This document shows positions 172,456-181,139 of a stretch of 248,000 bases of DNA, in pieces. The DNA is taken from assembly GCF_000737315.1 (NCBI RefSeq), contig NZ_JMCB01000006.1, forward strand, positions 20,001 to 268,000, written 5' to 3'. Under the pieces are notes generated by a model. That model was not told the origin of the DNA and searched no databases. It was given only the letters and a program-made list of their open reading frames with translations. This DNA comes from Hyalangium minutum. Lineage in GTDB: Bacteria > Myxococcota > Myxococcia > Myxococcales > Myxococcaceae. Each line of letters begins with the position of its first letter. Positions within the stretch are counted from its first letter, which is position 1. The position numbers and the translations under genes are program-made.

Positions 172456-173199
172456 TCAGCTCCTCGCCAGGGCCCGGCCACGGGTCCGTGCAATCGTCTG
172501 TGCCAGCTCCCGGATGGAGATGGGCTTGCGCATGCAGGCGACATCCCCCAGTGCTGCCACCTGCCGCATCATCTCGGGGACTTCGTGCCCGGACACCGCG
172601 ATGAACGCCACGGGCTGACCCGAACCCCTCAGCCGCTCCACCACCTGCGCGCCCGTCATCCCCGGCATCACCAAGTCCACCACGCAGACATCGATCTTCC
172701 CGGTGCGCATGCGCTCCAGCGCCTCGTCCCCGTCGTACGCCGCCTGCGCCCGGATGCCGCAGAGGCGTAGCCCCTCCACCGTCGCCTCCGCCACGTCCTG
172801 CGAGTCATCCACCACCAACACCTCGGGTACGAGTGCCGCGCGGCGCAGCGTCCTCAACAGGTGCGCCACGTCGAACGGCTTGTGGAGCACGGTGAAGACG
172901 CCCTCGGCCAGCGCGTCCTCCACCAGGTTCTCCTGGGCGAACGCCGTCATCAGCACCACGGGCAACCCGGGCTGCTCGCGCCGCAGGTGGCGGGCCAGCT
173001 CCACGCCGTGCAGCCCCGGCATGCGGATGTCCGCCAGCACCACGTCCACCGGCCGCTGGCGCACCACCCGCAGCGCCTCCTCGCCCGTGGGGGCCTCCAC
173101 CACCTCGTGGCCCTCCAGCTCGAGGTTGGCGGCGAGCGTCACCCGCATCGACTCCTCGTCATCCACCACCAGGACGCGCGCCGGGCTCACGGGGCTCAC
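172456..173199 (-). CDS. Double-receiver response regulator
   Basis: Two REC domains (ADIRMP; VDLVMP). Confidence 0.85.
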   Translation of the reverse strand: MSPVSPARVLVVDDEESMRVTLAANLELEGHEVVEAPTGEEALRVVRQRPVDVVLADIRMPGLHGVELARHLRREQPGLPVVLMTAFAQENLVEDALAEGVFTVLHKPFDVAHLLRTLRRAALVPEVLVVDDSQDVAEATVEGLRLCGIRAQAAYDGDEALERMRTGKIDVCVVDLVMPGMTGAQVVERLRGSGQPVAFIAVSGHEVPEMMRQVAALGDVACMRKPISIRELAQTIARTRGRALARS

Positions 173200-174642
173200 C
173201 TAGGCCGCTCGCGCCTGGGCCGGCGGCAACTGGATGACGAACTCACTGCCCCGGCCCTGCTCGCTCGACACCTGGAGCGTGCCGCCGTGGCGCTGCACCC
173301 GCGTGGCGACGATGGCCAGCCCCAGCCCCGTGCCCTCCTTCTTGGTGGTGAACAGCGGCTCGAAGATGCGCGGCAGCACGTCCGGCGGAATCCCGCCGCC
173401 ATCATCCACCACGCGCACGCGCAGCGGCTCGGCGCCGCCGCCGTCGGCCCGCACCACCACCTCGCCCGGGCGCCCCGCGGGAATGGCCTCCACCGCGTTC
173501 TGCACCAGGTTGATGAGCACCTGCCGGAACTGATCTCGGTCCAACAGCGGCACGGGCAGCGCCTCGGGCACCTGGTTGAGCACCCGCACCTGCTCGCGCG
173601 CGGGCACCACCCCCACCGCCTCCTCCACCAGCGGCCGCAGCGGACAGGGCTGGAGGCTCACCGGGCGCTCGCGCGCGAAGTCCAACAGGTCCGAGATGAT
173701 GCGCGCGCAGCTGTTCAGCTCCCGGTCCATCAACGCCAGGAACTGGGGCACGCGCGCGTCGTTCGCCAGCGGCTCCGGCCGTGCCAGGCGCTTGCAGAGG
173801 TACGCATGCGCGTTGCGCACGGCGGCCAGCGGGTTGCGCAGCTCATGGCCCACCCCGGCGGCCAGCTGGCCCACCGCCGCCAGCTTCTCCACCCGGATGA
173901 GGTGCTCCTGGGCACCCTTCAGCTCCGTCAGCGCCCGGTTCAGCTCCGCCGTCTTCTGGTGCTCGCGCTCGGAGGCCAGCTCCGCCACCGCGCGGCGCTC
174001 GGCCATCTCCCGCATCTCGCGCACCGCCTCGCGGATGGAGCGCAGCAGCACCAGGTCCAGGAACACCAGCCACACCGCGTGTTCCAGCAGCCGCCACCAC
174101 TCCGGGCTCGGCGTGCCGTAGATGGACTCCGGCCACAGCATGCCCCGCACCCAGTGGTCCAACACCACCACGCCGCTCGCGGTGAGCAGCACCGGCCACT
174201 CCCGGTAGAAGGCCAGGAACGTCAGCGAGCCCAGCGTGTGGAAGTGCGTCTCGATGCGCCCGCCCGTCAGGTGGATGAGCAGCGCGGACCAGAGCACCTG
174301 GCAGATGGCCACCGTGTGCCGGGTGAGCGAAGTACCGGGCCGCCGCCACACCTGGACAATGGTGACTGCGCTCAGCACCCCGCCGAGCACCACCGCCACC
174401 CAGATGTGCGAGTCAGCCGCCCGCGCCTTGCCTGCCCAGCCGTACGGCGAGAACACGGCCGCGAGGACGAGGGCCGCCAGCCACTGCGCGCCCATCAGCC
174501 AGGCGAAGAGCCGATCCACCCTCCGCCACACTTCCTGCTGGTGCTGAGAGAAGAGCCGGGCGACGCGCTCCTCGAGCTGCTCCGTCGCGCCGGGCTCCAC
174601 CACCGCCGGCTTCATGGCGGCAAGCCCTGTGCTGCGCTCCAC
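173200..174642 (-). CDS. Membrane sensor histidine kinase
   Basis: TMs with ETHFH...FYREW; GHELRNP; FTTK. Confidence 0.85.
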   Translation of the reverse strand: MERSTGLAAMKPAVVEPGATEQLEERVARLFSQHQQEVWRRVDRLFAWLMGAQWLAALVLAAVFSPYGWAGKARAADSHIWVAVVLGGVLSAVTIVQVWRRPGTSLTRHTVAICQVLWSALLIHLTGGRIETHFHTLGSLTFLAFYREWPVLLTASGVVVLDHWVRGMLWPESIYGTPSPEWWRLLEHAVWLVFLDLVLLRSIREAVREMREMAERRAVAELASEREHQKTAELNRALTELKGAQEHLIRVEKLAAVGQLAAGVGHELRNPLAAVRNAHAYLCKRLARPEPLANDARVPQFLALMDRELNSCARIISDLLDFARERPVSLQPCPLRPLVEEAVGVVPAREQVRVLNQVPEALPVPLLDRDQFRQVLINLVQNAVEAIPAGRPGEVVVRADGGGAEPLRVRVVDDGGGIPPDVLPRIFEPLFTTKKEGTGLGLAIVATRVQRHGGTLQVSSEQGRGSEFVIQLPPAQARAA

Positions 174643-174646
174643 GCCA

Positions 174647-175078
174647 TCACATCACCCGTTTCCAGGCCCCAAGCTCTGTCGTCAGCGAGCTCATCACCCG
174701 CTTGAGCCGCGCGGACTCCGCCGCGCGCTGCACAATCTCAATCAGGCGCTGCGGCTCGTACGGCTTGATGAGCAGGTAGTAGAGCCCCTGCATCTCGTAC
174801 TTGTCTCGCTTCTCCAGGTACTCGGCATGGCCGGTGACGAGCACCCCGGACATGTGCGGCTGGCGCGCCATCGCCTCGCGCAACAGCTGGATTCCGTTGC
174901 GACCCGGCATGTTGAAGTCCGTGCACAGCACGTCCACGCTGTTGCGCTCCATCAGCCGAAGCGCCTCGGTCGCATCCGGCGCCGTCAACACGCGGAAGTC
175001 CTCGGACAGGACCGCCGCCGCGGTGATGAGCACCGGGTGCTCATCATCAACCACCAGGACCGTGAGCCTCTCGTTCAT
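174647..175078 (-). CDS. Single-domain response regulator
   Basis: VVDDE, TDFNMP, KP. Confidence 0.85.
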   Translation of the reverse strand: MNERLTVLVVDDEHPVLITAAAVLSEDFRVLTAPDATEALRLMERNSVDVLCTDFNMPGRNGIQLLREAMARQPHMSGVLVTGHAEYLEKRDKYEMQGLYYLLIKPYEPQRLIEIVQRAAESARLKRVMSSLTTELGAWKRVM

Positions 175079-175359
175079 GACTTCCAAGCGCCTCGTGGTA
175101 GCCCCCAACCTCGGGGTGGGTACAAGTAGGACAAGCGCCGGAGAACCCGGCACTGCCCGAGACGTTGTTGAAACACCGTACCCTGGGTGGATCGACACCG
175201 CCCCTCGCAGGCAGGGCTCAGGTTCGGCAGCGGACAAAGTCCGGCCCCAGGCTTTCCCAGAAGTCCTTTTTTTCACGCTATGACTTTCGGAAGTGAACGC
175301 TTGCGGGGCCTGCACGCTGATAGGTTGCGGCGGATCGCAGCCTCAGGGGGGCTCCCTTC

Positions 175360-176478
175360 ATGGAAGTTGAGGTCCGCTTCGCCACCACGGAAGACGAGCG
175401 TGCCGCCGTCTACCGTCTGCGCTACGCGACCTATGTGGAGGAGATGCACGTCTACACCCGGCAGGCCGATCACGAGCGCCACTGGTTCCTGGACTCGGAG
175501 GACACCGCGGCCCACTTGATGTACGCAAAGGTGGAAGAGGACGTGGTGGGGACGCTCCGGGTGCAGCTGGAGGCAGAGGGAGCCCTGCCCGAGCCCACGG
175601 CCTCGCGCTTCGCGCTGGAGCGCTTCCGGCCGCTGGTGCGCCCGGAGCAGATCTGCGTGGTGGGCCGCTTCATGGTGCGCCAGGACATGCGCGGCACGGC
175701 GGTGCCCTACCGGCTCATTCAAGAGAGCATCCGCTTCCAGCTCGCCCAGGGCCAGGAGCTGGCCTTCTGCGACTGCCAGCCGCACTTGCTCAACCTTTAT
175801 ATGTCGCTGGGGTTCCGGCCCTACCTGGGCACGTATGACCACCCGGAGTTCGGGGTGATGGTGCCGCTGGTGCTGGTGCTGCGGGACCGAGAGCACCTGG
175901 AGTGGGTGGGCTCGCCGCTGACGCCGCTGCTGCCCACGGACGCGCCGCCCTCGGAGGTGCCGGAGCGGGTGGCGCCGCTGCTGGCGAAGGCGCGCGGGGT
176001 GATGAGCCAGGAGCTGAGCGATCCGGACTCGTACTGGCGGGAGGTGCACGGGCTGATGGGCACGGCGCGCCCGGCCGTGTTCGCCGGTCTGTCCGAGCAG
176101 GAGCTGCAGGCGGTGCTGGCCAGCAGCCACGTCATCCAGTGCGCTCCGGGGGACTACCTCATCCGCAAGGGGCAGGTGGCGCGCACCGTGTTCGTGGTGC
176201 TCGCCGGCTCGCTGGAGGTGCGCGACGGAGAGCGCGCGGTAGCCACCGCGTCCGAGGGCGAGGTGCTCGGGGAGGTGGCCTTCCTGCTGTCCAGCTCTCG
176301 CATCAGCGACGTGTGCGCCACGGGCAATGGCGCGCGAGTGCTGTGCCTGAGCGAGAAGTCGCTGCGCGCGCTGATCGACTCCAGCTCGCGCGCGGCGGCG
176401 CTGCTGCTGCTCAACCTGTCGCGAGCGCTGGCGCACAAGCTGGTCCAGCGCGCGGACAACCCCAAGTCGGGCGGTTAG
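175360..176478 (+). CDS. LuxI/FeeM-like GNAT acyltransferase fused to a cNMP-binding domain
   Basis: RLRYATY, D..D, GTLR, GRF, LYMSLGF; then YLIRKG...GEVAFL...R. Confidence 0.75.
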   Translation: MEVEVRFATTEDERAAVYRLRYATYVEEMHVYTRQADHERHWFLDSEDTAAHLMYAKVEEDVVGTLRVQLEAEGALPEPTASRFALERFRPLVRPEQICVVGRFMVRQDMRGTAVPYRLIQESIRFQLAQGQELAFCDCQPHLLNLYMSLGFRPYLGTYDHPEFGVMVPLVLVLRDREHLEWVGSPLTPLLPTDAPPSEVPERVAPLLAKARGVMSQELSDPDSYWREVHGLMGTARPAVFAGLSEQELQAVLASSHVIQCAPGDYLIRKGQVARTVFVVLAGSLEVRDGERAVATASEGEVLGEVAFLLSSSRISDVCATGNGARVLCLSEKSLRALIDSSSRAAALLLLNLSRALAHKLVQRADNPKSGG

Positions 176479-176502
176479 GGCCGCCCGCGCGCCGGAACCT
176501 CC

Positions 176503-176835
176503 TCAGCGGTGCGCGTGCTGAGTCTCCGTGTAGTGCTGGAGCTGGTGGCGGACCGCCTCGAAGGCGTCATTCACCGCCTGATACGGGTCCTCGTGCTCAC
176601 GGCGCTCGGCGTGCTCGCGCCCGGCGAAGAGCTCCTTGCCCGGCACGTGCAGATCGACGCGCACGTGGAAGCGGTTGCCCTGGCGCTGGTGCTTGTGCGG
176701 CTGCTCCACCACGACGTGGCAGCCGACGATGCGATCGCAGAACTGCTCCAGCTTCTCCGCCTCACCCCGGATGTACTCGGCCATGGCCTCGCTCGTGTCC
176801 ATCCCCCGGAAGGTGATCTGCAGCGGTCGGTTCAT
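176503..176835 (-). CDS. HPF/RaiA family ribosome-associated protein
   Basis: ITFRGMDTS, CHVVVE, HVRVDL.VPG, AVNDAF. Confidence 0.85.
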   Translation of the reverse strand: MNRPLQITFRGMDTSEAMAEYIRGEAEKLEQFCDRIVGCHVVVEQPHKHQRQGNRFHVRVDLHVPGKELFAGREHAERREHEDPYQAVNDAFEAVRHQLQHYTETQHAHR

Positions 176836-177115
176836 CTGTCGCCTCGGTAAAGGCCCCGTGGGCCGGTTCACCCTCTCTCCATTGCATTCCCAGGGCCAGC
176901 ACGCTCCCAGGCGATTCAAGGGGTTACGCGCCCCCCGGACGCAGGCTTTGCGGCAAATCGCCTCACGGCCGCAGCGGCTGCGGGGCGTTCTGACACTCCT
177001 GCACGGACAGAGGGGCGCGCCTCACCGCCCGTCCACCGGCCGAGCGGCCCGCGAGGGGTTGCGCCAGCGTGCCTACCTTGTCCATCGGAGCCCTCCTGGC
177101 TCCCGAGGAGGCGGA

Positions 177116-178030
177116 ATGATTCGGTTTGGCCCCGCGGGGTGGACATATAAGGACTGGGAGGGGGTGGTGTACCCCAAGCCCAAGCCGAAGGGGTTCGATC
177201 CGCTGGAGGCCATGGCGTCGCTGTTCGACACCATCGAGCTCAACACCTCCTTCTATGCGCCCATGACGCCGCACAACGCGCACCTGTGGCTGGAGCGCAC
177301 GGCGTTCAACCCGGACTTCCGCTTCACGGCGAAGCTGTGGCGGCGCTTCACCCACGAGCGCTCCGAGCCCTGGACGGCGGAGGAGGTGCGGTGGACGCGG
177401 GTGGGGCTGGGCATCCTGGAGAAGGCCGGCCGGCTGGGGGCCGTGCTGGTGCAGTTCCCCTGGTCCTTCCGCAACGTGCCGGAGAACCGGGACCATGTGG
177501 ACGCCATCGTCTCGGCGTTCGAGGGCTTCCCGCTGGTGCTGGAGGTGCGGCACGCCTCGTGGAACGAGCCCTCGTACTACGCGGAGCTGGTGGAGCGGGG
177601 GCTGGGCTTCGTGAACATTGATCAGCCGCTCTTCAAGGACTCCATTGCCCCGAGCGCGCGGGCCACGGCGTCCGTGGGCTACGTGCGCGTGCACGGCCGC
177701 AACTACAAGGAGTGGTTCCGGCAGAAGGGCTCGGCGTACGACCGGTATGACTACCTGTACTCCGCGCGAGAGCTGGAGCCCTGGGCGGCGCGGACGAAGG
177801 AGGTCGCCTCGCACCCGCGCACGGAGGACGTGTACGTCATCACCAACAACCACGCGCGGGGCAAGGGCGTGACGAACGCGCTGATGTTGAAGGCGATGGT
177901 GACGGGCGAGCAGGTGGAGGCCCCCGCGACGCTGCTGCGCGAGTACCCCGAGCACCTGGCCCCATACGCCCGCCCGGTGGACCTGGCGGCCCGGGAGTGG
178001 GGGGCCCCGGGACTCTTGGGGGAAAGGTGA
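177116..178030 (+). CDS. DUF72 domain protein
   Basis: GPAGW, ELNTSFY, VQFP, EVRHASW, YVRVHGR. Confidence 0.88.
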   Translation: MIRFGPAGWTYKDWEGVVYPKPKPKGFDPLEAMASLFDTIELNTSFYAPMTPHNAHLWLERTAFNPDFRFTAKLWRRFTHERSEPWTAEEVRWTRVGLGILEKAGRLGAVLVQFPWSFRNVPENRDHVDAIVSAFEGFPLVLEVRHASWNEPSYYAELVERGLGFVNIDQPLFKDSIAPSARATASVGYVRVHGRNYKEWFRQKGSAYDRYDYLYSARELEPWAARTKEVASHPRTEDVYVITNNHARGKGVTNALMLKAMVTGEQVEAPATLLREYPEHLAPYARPVDLAAREWGAPGLLGER

Positions 178031-178045
178031 CGTAGGGGGAATTGC

Positions 178046-178633
178046 ATGTCTCCAGGCAAGCCGCTTCAATCCGCACCGGGATGCGTAAGGAGCCATGACC
178101 CGCCCGTGAACACAGCCCGTATCGAAGTCCTGGGGAACGCCATCCTCTCCGCGATGGAGGCGATGAAGATCGCTCCCGAGCGCGCTCAGCGCATCTTCGC
178201 GGAGCACGGCATCACCCAGCCGGAGAAAGACGCGTGGTACCCCGTGGACAGCGTGCTGCGGGCGTACCGGGACATCTTGAAACAGATCGGCCCGAACACC
178301 ATGAAGGCGGTGGGGCGCAACATCCCCAAGAACGCGGAGTTCCCCCGAGGCCTCACCACGGTGGAGCAAGCGCTGAAGTCCCTGAACACGGCCTACCGGA
178401 TGAACCACCGGGGTCCGGGCGGCATCGGCGGCTACCACTACGAGTCCACGAGCGCGAGGGCGGGGCAGGTCACCTGCGACAACCCGTATCCGTGCCCGGT
178501 GGACGAGGGGCTGGTGGAGGCCATCGCCGAGCGCTTCAAGCCCAAGGACGCCTTCTTCATCCGCCTGCATCATGATCCGGCGACGTGCCGGGGCCGTGGG
178601 GACGCCGCCTGCGTCTACCACGTGGCGTGGTAA
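178046..178633 (+). CDS. V4R/H-NOX-fold-like protein
   Basis: WYP, DNPYPC, CRGRGDAAC. Confidence 0.6.
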   Translation: MSPGKPLQSAPGCVRSHDPPVNTARIEVLGNAILSAMEAMKIAPERAQRIFAEHGITQPEKDAWYPVDSVLRAYRDILKQIGPNTMKAVGRNIPKNAEFPRGLTTVEQALKSLNTAYRMNHRGPGGIGGYHYESTSARAGQVTCDNPYPCPVDEGLVEAIAERFKPKDAFFIRLHHDPATCRGRGDAACVYHVAW

Positions 178634-178644
178634 GGGAACGGCGG

Positions 178645-179184
178645 ATGCCGCAACGCTTTCAGTTGGAGAAGTTCGAGGTGCAGGGCCAGGCCATCATGTC
178701 GGTGGTCGCGGCCATGGCCCTCATCCAACACCGAGCGCTGAAGATCCTCGCGGATCGCGGCATCACCCCGCTGGAGAAGGACCGCTGGTATCCGCTGGAT
178801 CGGCTCATGGAGGTCTTCAAGACCATCAGCACGGAGATTGGTCCCAACACGGTGAAGGCGGTGGGGCGGAAGATTCCGGAGAACGCGCAGTTCCCTCCGA
178901 ACCTCAAGACCATCGAGGAAGGCTTCCGCTCCATCGACGTGGCCTACCAGATGTGCCACCGAGGCCCAGGGAACGTGGGGGGCTACCACTACGCGCCGAC
179001 GGGCAGCCGCACGGCTCGGATGGTCTGCGACAACCCGTATCCGTGCGGCCTGGACGAGGGGCTGCTGGAGGCCATCGGAGAGCGCTTCCGGCCCATCGAC
179101 TCGCTCTGGGTGCGGGTGGAGCACCCACCCGGCCCCTGCCGGAAAAAGGGTGCGGCCTCCTGCACCTACAACCTGTCCTGGTAG
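178645..179184 (+). CDS. V4R/H-NOX-fold-like protein (tandem paralog)
   Basis: WYP, DNPYPC, CRKKGAASC. Confidence 0.6.
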   Translation: MPQRFQLEKFEVQGQAIMSVVAAMALIQHRALKILADRGITPLEKDRWYPLDRLMEVFKTISTEIGPNTVKAVGRKIPENAQFPPNLKTIEEGFRSIDVAYQMCHRGPGNVGGYHYAPTGSRTARMVCDNPYPCGLDEGLLEAIGERFRPIDSLWVRVEHPPGPCRKKGAASCTYNLSW

Positions 179185-180371
179185 CTGCGCGCTGCGCGAG
179201 CGGTCCCCCCTCCCAGCACCCCGAGCGCCACGAGCGCAAAGCCACCTCCCACGAGGCACACGCCCGTCCAGCCGAAGCGCACCCACGCCGAGGTGCCCAG
179301 CCAGGCGCCAGCGGCTCCTCCCACGAAGTAGGTCACCATGTAGACGGTGTTGAGCCGGCTGCGCGCCTCGGGGCGTAAGGAGTAGACGCGCGTCTGGTTC
179401 GAGATGTGGTTGGACTGGGCTCCCAGGTCCAGGAGGATGACGCCCAGCGCGATGCCCCACAGCCATTGCCCAAGCAGCGCCAGCACGACGAAGGAGGCCA
179501 GCAGCACGCCAATGGCCAGCGCGTTGATCTTCCGGTCCCCTCGGACGTCCGCGTAGCGCCCCACGAGCGGCGCCGCGGCCGCTCCCACGACTCCCACCGC
179601 GCCGAAGAGGCCCGCTGTCTGAGGACCGTAGTGCTCGGGCAGGCTCTGGAGGTAGAGGGCCAGCGTGGCCCAGAAGGCTCCGAACGAGCCGAAGGTGAGC
179701 GCTCCCAGCAGCGAGTGGAGCCGCAGCACGGGCTCCTCGCGCACCAGTCCTCCGATCGATCGCAGCAGTGCACCGTAGGGCATGGCCGCCACGGCCTCCT
179801 GAGACGGAAGGGCCAGCCGCAGGACTCCCGCCATCACCAGCATCAGTCCAGCGCCGATCCAGAACATCGCTCGCCAGCCCAGGTGCGTGCCGATGAAGCC
179901 CGCCGCCGTGCGCGACAGGAGGATGCCAATGAGCAGCCCGCTCATCACCGTGCCCACCACCCGCCCGCGCTCGGCCGGCGGGGCCAGATGCGCGGCGAAG
180001 GGCACCAGGAGCTGAGGGACGACGGTGGTGATGCCCACGGCGAAGCTCGCCGCCACCATCCACGCCAGGCTCGGCGCGAGCGCTGCGCCCATCAAGGCCA
180101 GGCTCACCAGCACCGTCATGGTGACGATGACGCGCCGCCGCTCGAGGCTGTCTCCCAAGGGGACGATGAGCAGCATGCCCGCCGCGTAGCCCACCTGTGT
180201 CATCGTCGGAACCCAGCCGAGCGCACTGCCCATCGCGCCCAGCTCCCGCCCGATGTCTCCCAGCAGGGGCTGGTTGTAATAGAGGTTGGCCGCCGCCATC
180301 CCCGAGGCTCCCGCCATCAGCCACACCAGGCCGGAGCTCAAATGCCCCGGCTGTCCTTCTGATTCGCCCAT
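179166..180371 (-). CDS. MFS transporter (YnfM/MFS_1-like)
   Basis: ANLYYNQPLL, GDSLERR, 12 TMs. Confidence 0.88.
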   Translation of the reverse strand: MGESEGQPGHLSSGLVWLMAGASGMAAANLYYNQPLLGDIGRELGAMGSALGWVPTMTQVGYAAGMLLIVPLGDSLERRRVIVTMTVLVSLALMGAALAPSLAWMVAASFAVGITTVVPQLLVPFAAHLAPPAERGRVVGTVMSGLLIGILLSRTAAGFIGTHLGWRAMFWIGAGLMLVMAGVLRLALPSQEAVAAMPYGALLRSIGGLVREEPVLRLHSLLGALTFGSFGAFWATLALYLQSLPEHYGPQTAGLFGAVGVVGAAAAPLVGRYADVRGDRKINALAIGVLLASFVVLALLGQWLWGIALGVILLDLGAQSNHISNQTRVYSLRPEARSRLNTVYMVTYFVGGAAGAWLGTSAWVRFGWTGVCLVGGGFALVALGVLGGGTARAARSYQDRL

Positions 180372-180508
180372 CTCGACCGAGCCCCCTGCTTCCTGTTCTC
180401 GCGGGACTGTCCCTCAACGCTATGACGAAAGCATGACGGAAAGATGGCGGACGCCCGGAGATCACCGCTGGCGGACTTCATACCCTGCACGTTGGGAGGA
180501 GCCCACCG

Positions 180509-181105
180509 ATGGTCCCATTCGGCACCGGACAGCAGAAGAGAGGCGCCATCCATCCCAGCCTCGAGGCGGGAGGAGCGTGGCTCGGTTGCATGGGGATCTT
180601 CACAGGCCTGCTGTGGTTGTCATCGCAGCTACCCGCACGGCCCTCGGCGGCGGAGGAGAAACCACCGGAGCGCCCTCTCGCTGTGGCTCCTGTGCCTCCT
180701 CCCCTGCCCGAAGAGAAGGCCGAGCCCTTTGGGACGGACCTCGTGCTGAACCCCGCGCGCATGGGCGATGAACTCAGTTGCTCCGGCCCCAACGAGGACG
180801 TGATCCCCTTTGGCGTGGGCATGACGCGGCCGGAGTTCCTCTCCGGACCTGCGCTCGTACACACGCCCGAGGCACGCGAGGCCCACGTTCAGGGCCTCAT
180901 CATCGCCAAGTGCACCGTGACCTGCCGGGGTGAAGTCCGCGGCTGCCGCATCATCAAGCCGCTACCTTATATGGAGCAGGCCGCGCTCGACGTGCTCCAG
181001 AGCCGCCGCTACAAGCCCACGCGCTACCTGGGCAGGCCCGTCACCGTCTCCTATTTCTTCGGGCTCCGCGTCGAGCCTCCGGTGGACCCGCCCCCCTCTC
181101 CATAG
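180509..181105 (+). CDS. Energy transducer TonB C-terminal domain protein
   Basis: TM; YTP..A....G....C.V...G.V..C.I.K.L. Confidence 0.7.
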   Translation: MVPFGTGQQKRGAIHPSLEAGGAWLGCMGIFTGLLWLSSQLPARPSAAEEKPPERPLAVAPVPPPLPEEKAEPFGTDLVLNPARMGDELSCSGPNEDVIPFGVGMTRPEFLSGPALVHTPEAREAHVQGLIIAKCTVTCRGEVRGCRIIKPLPYMEQAALDVLQSRRYKPTRYLGRPVTVSYFFGLRVEPPVDPPPSP

Positions 181106-181139
181106 ATAGCACTCGGATGCCGCACTCCCGCCAAGCGCC

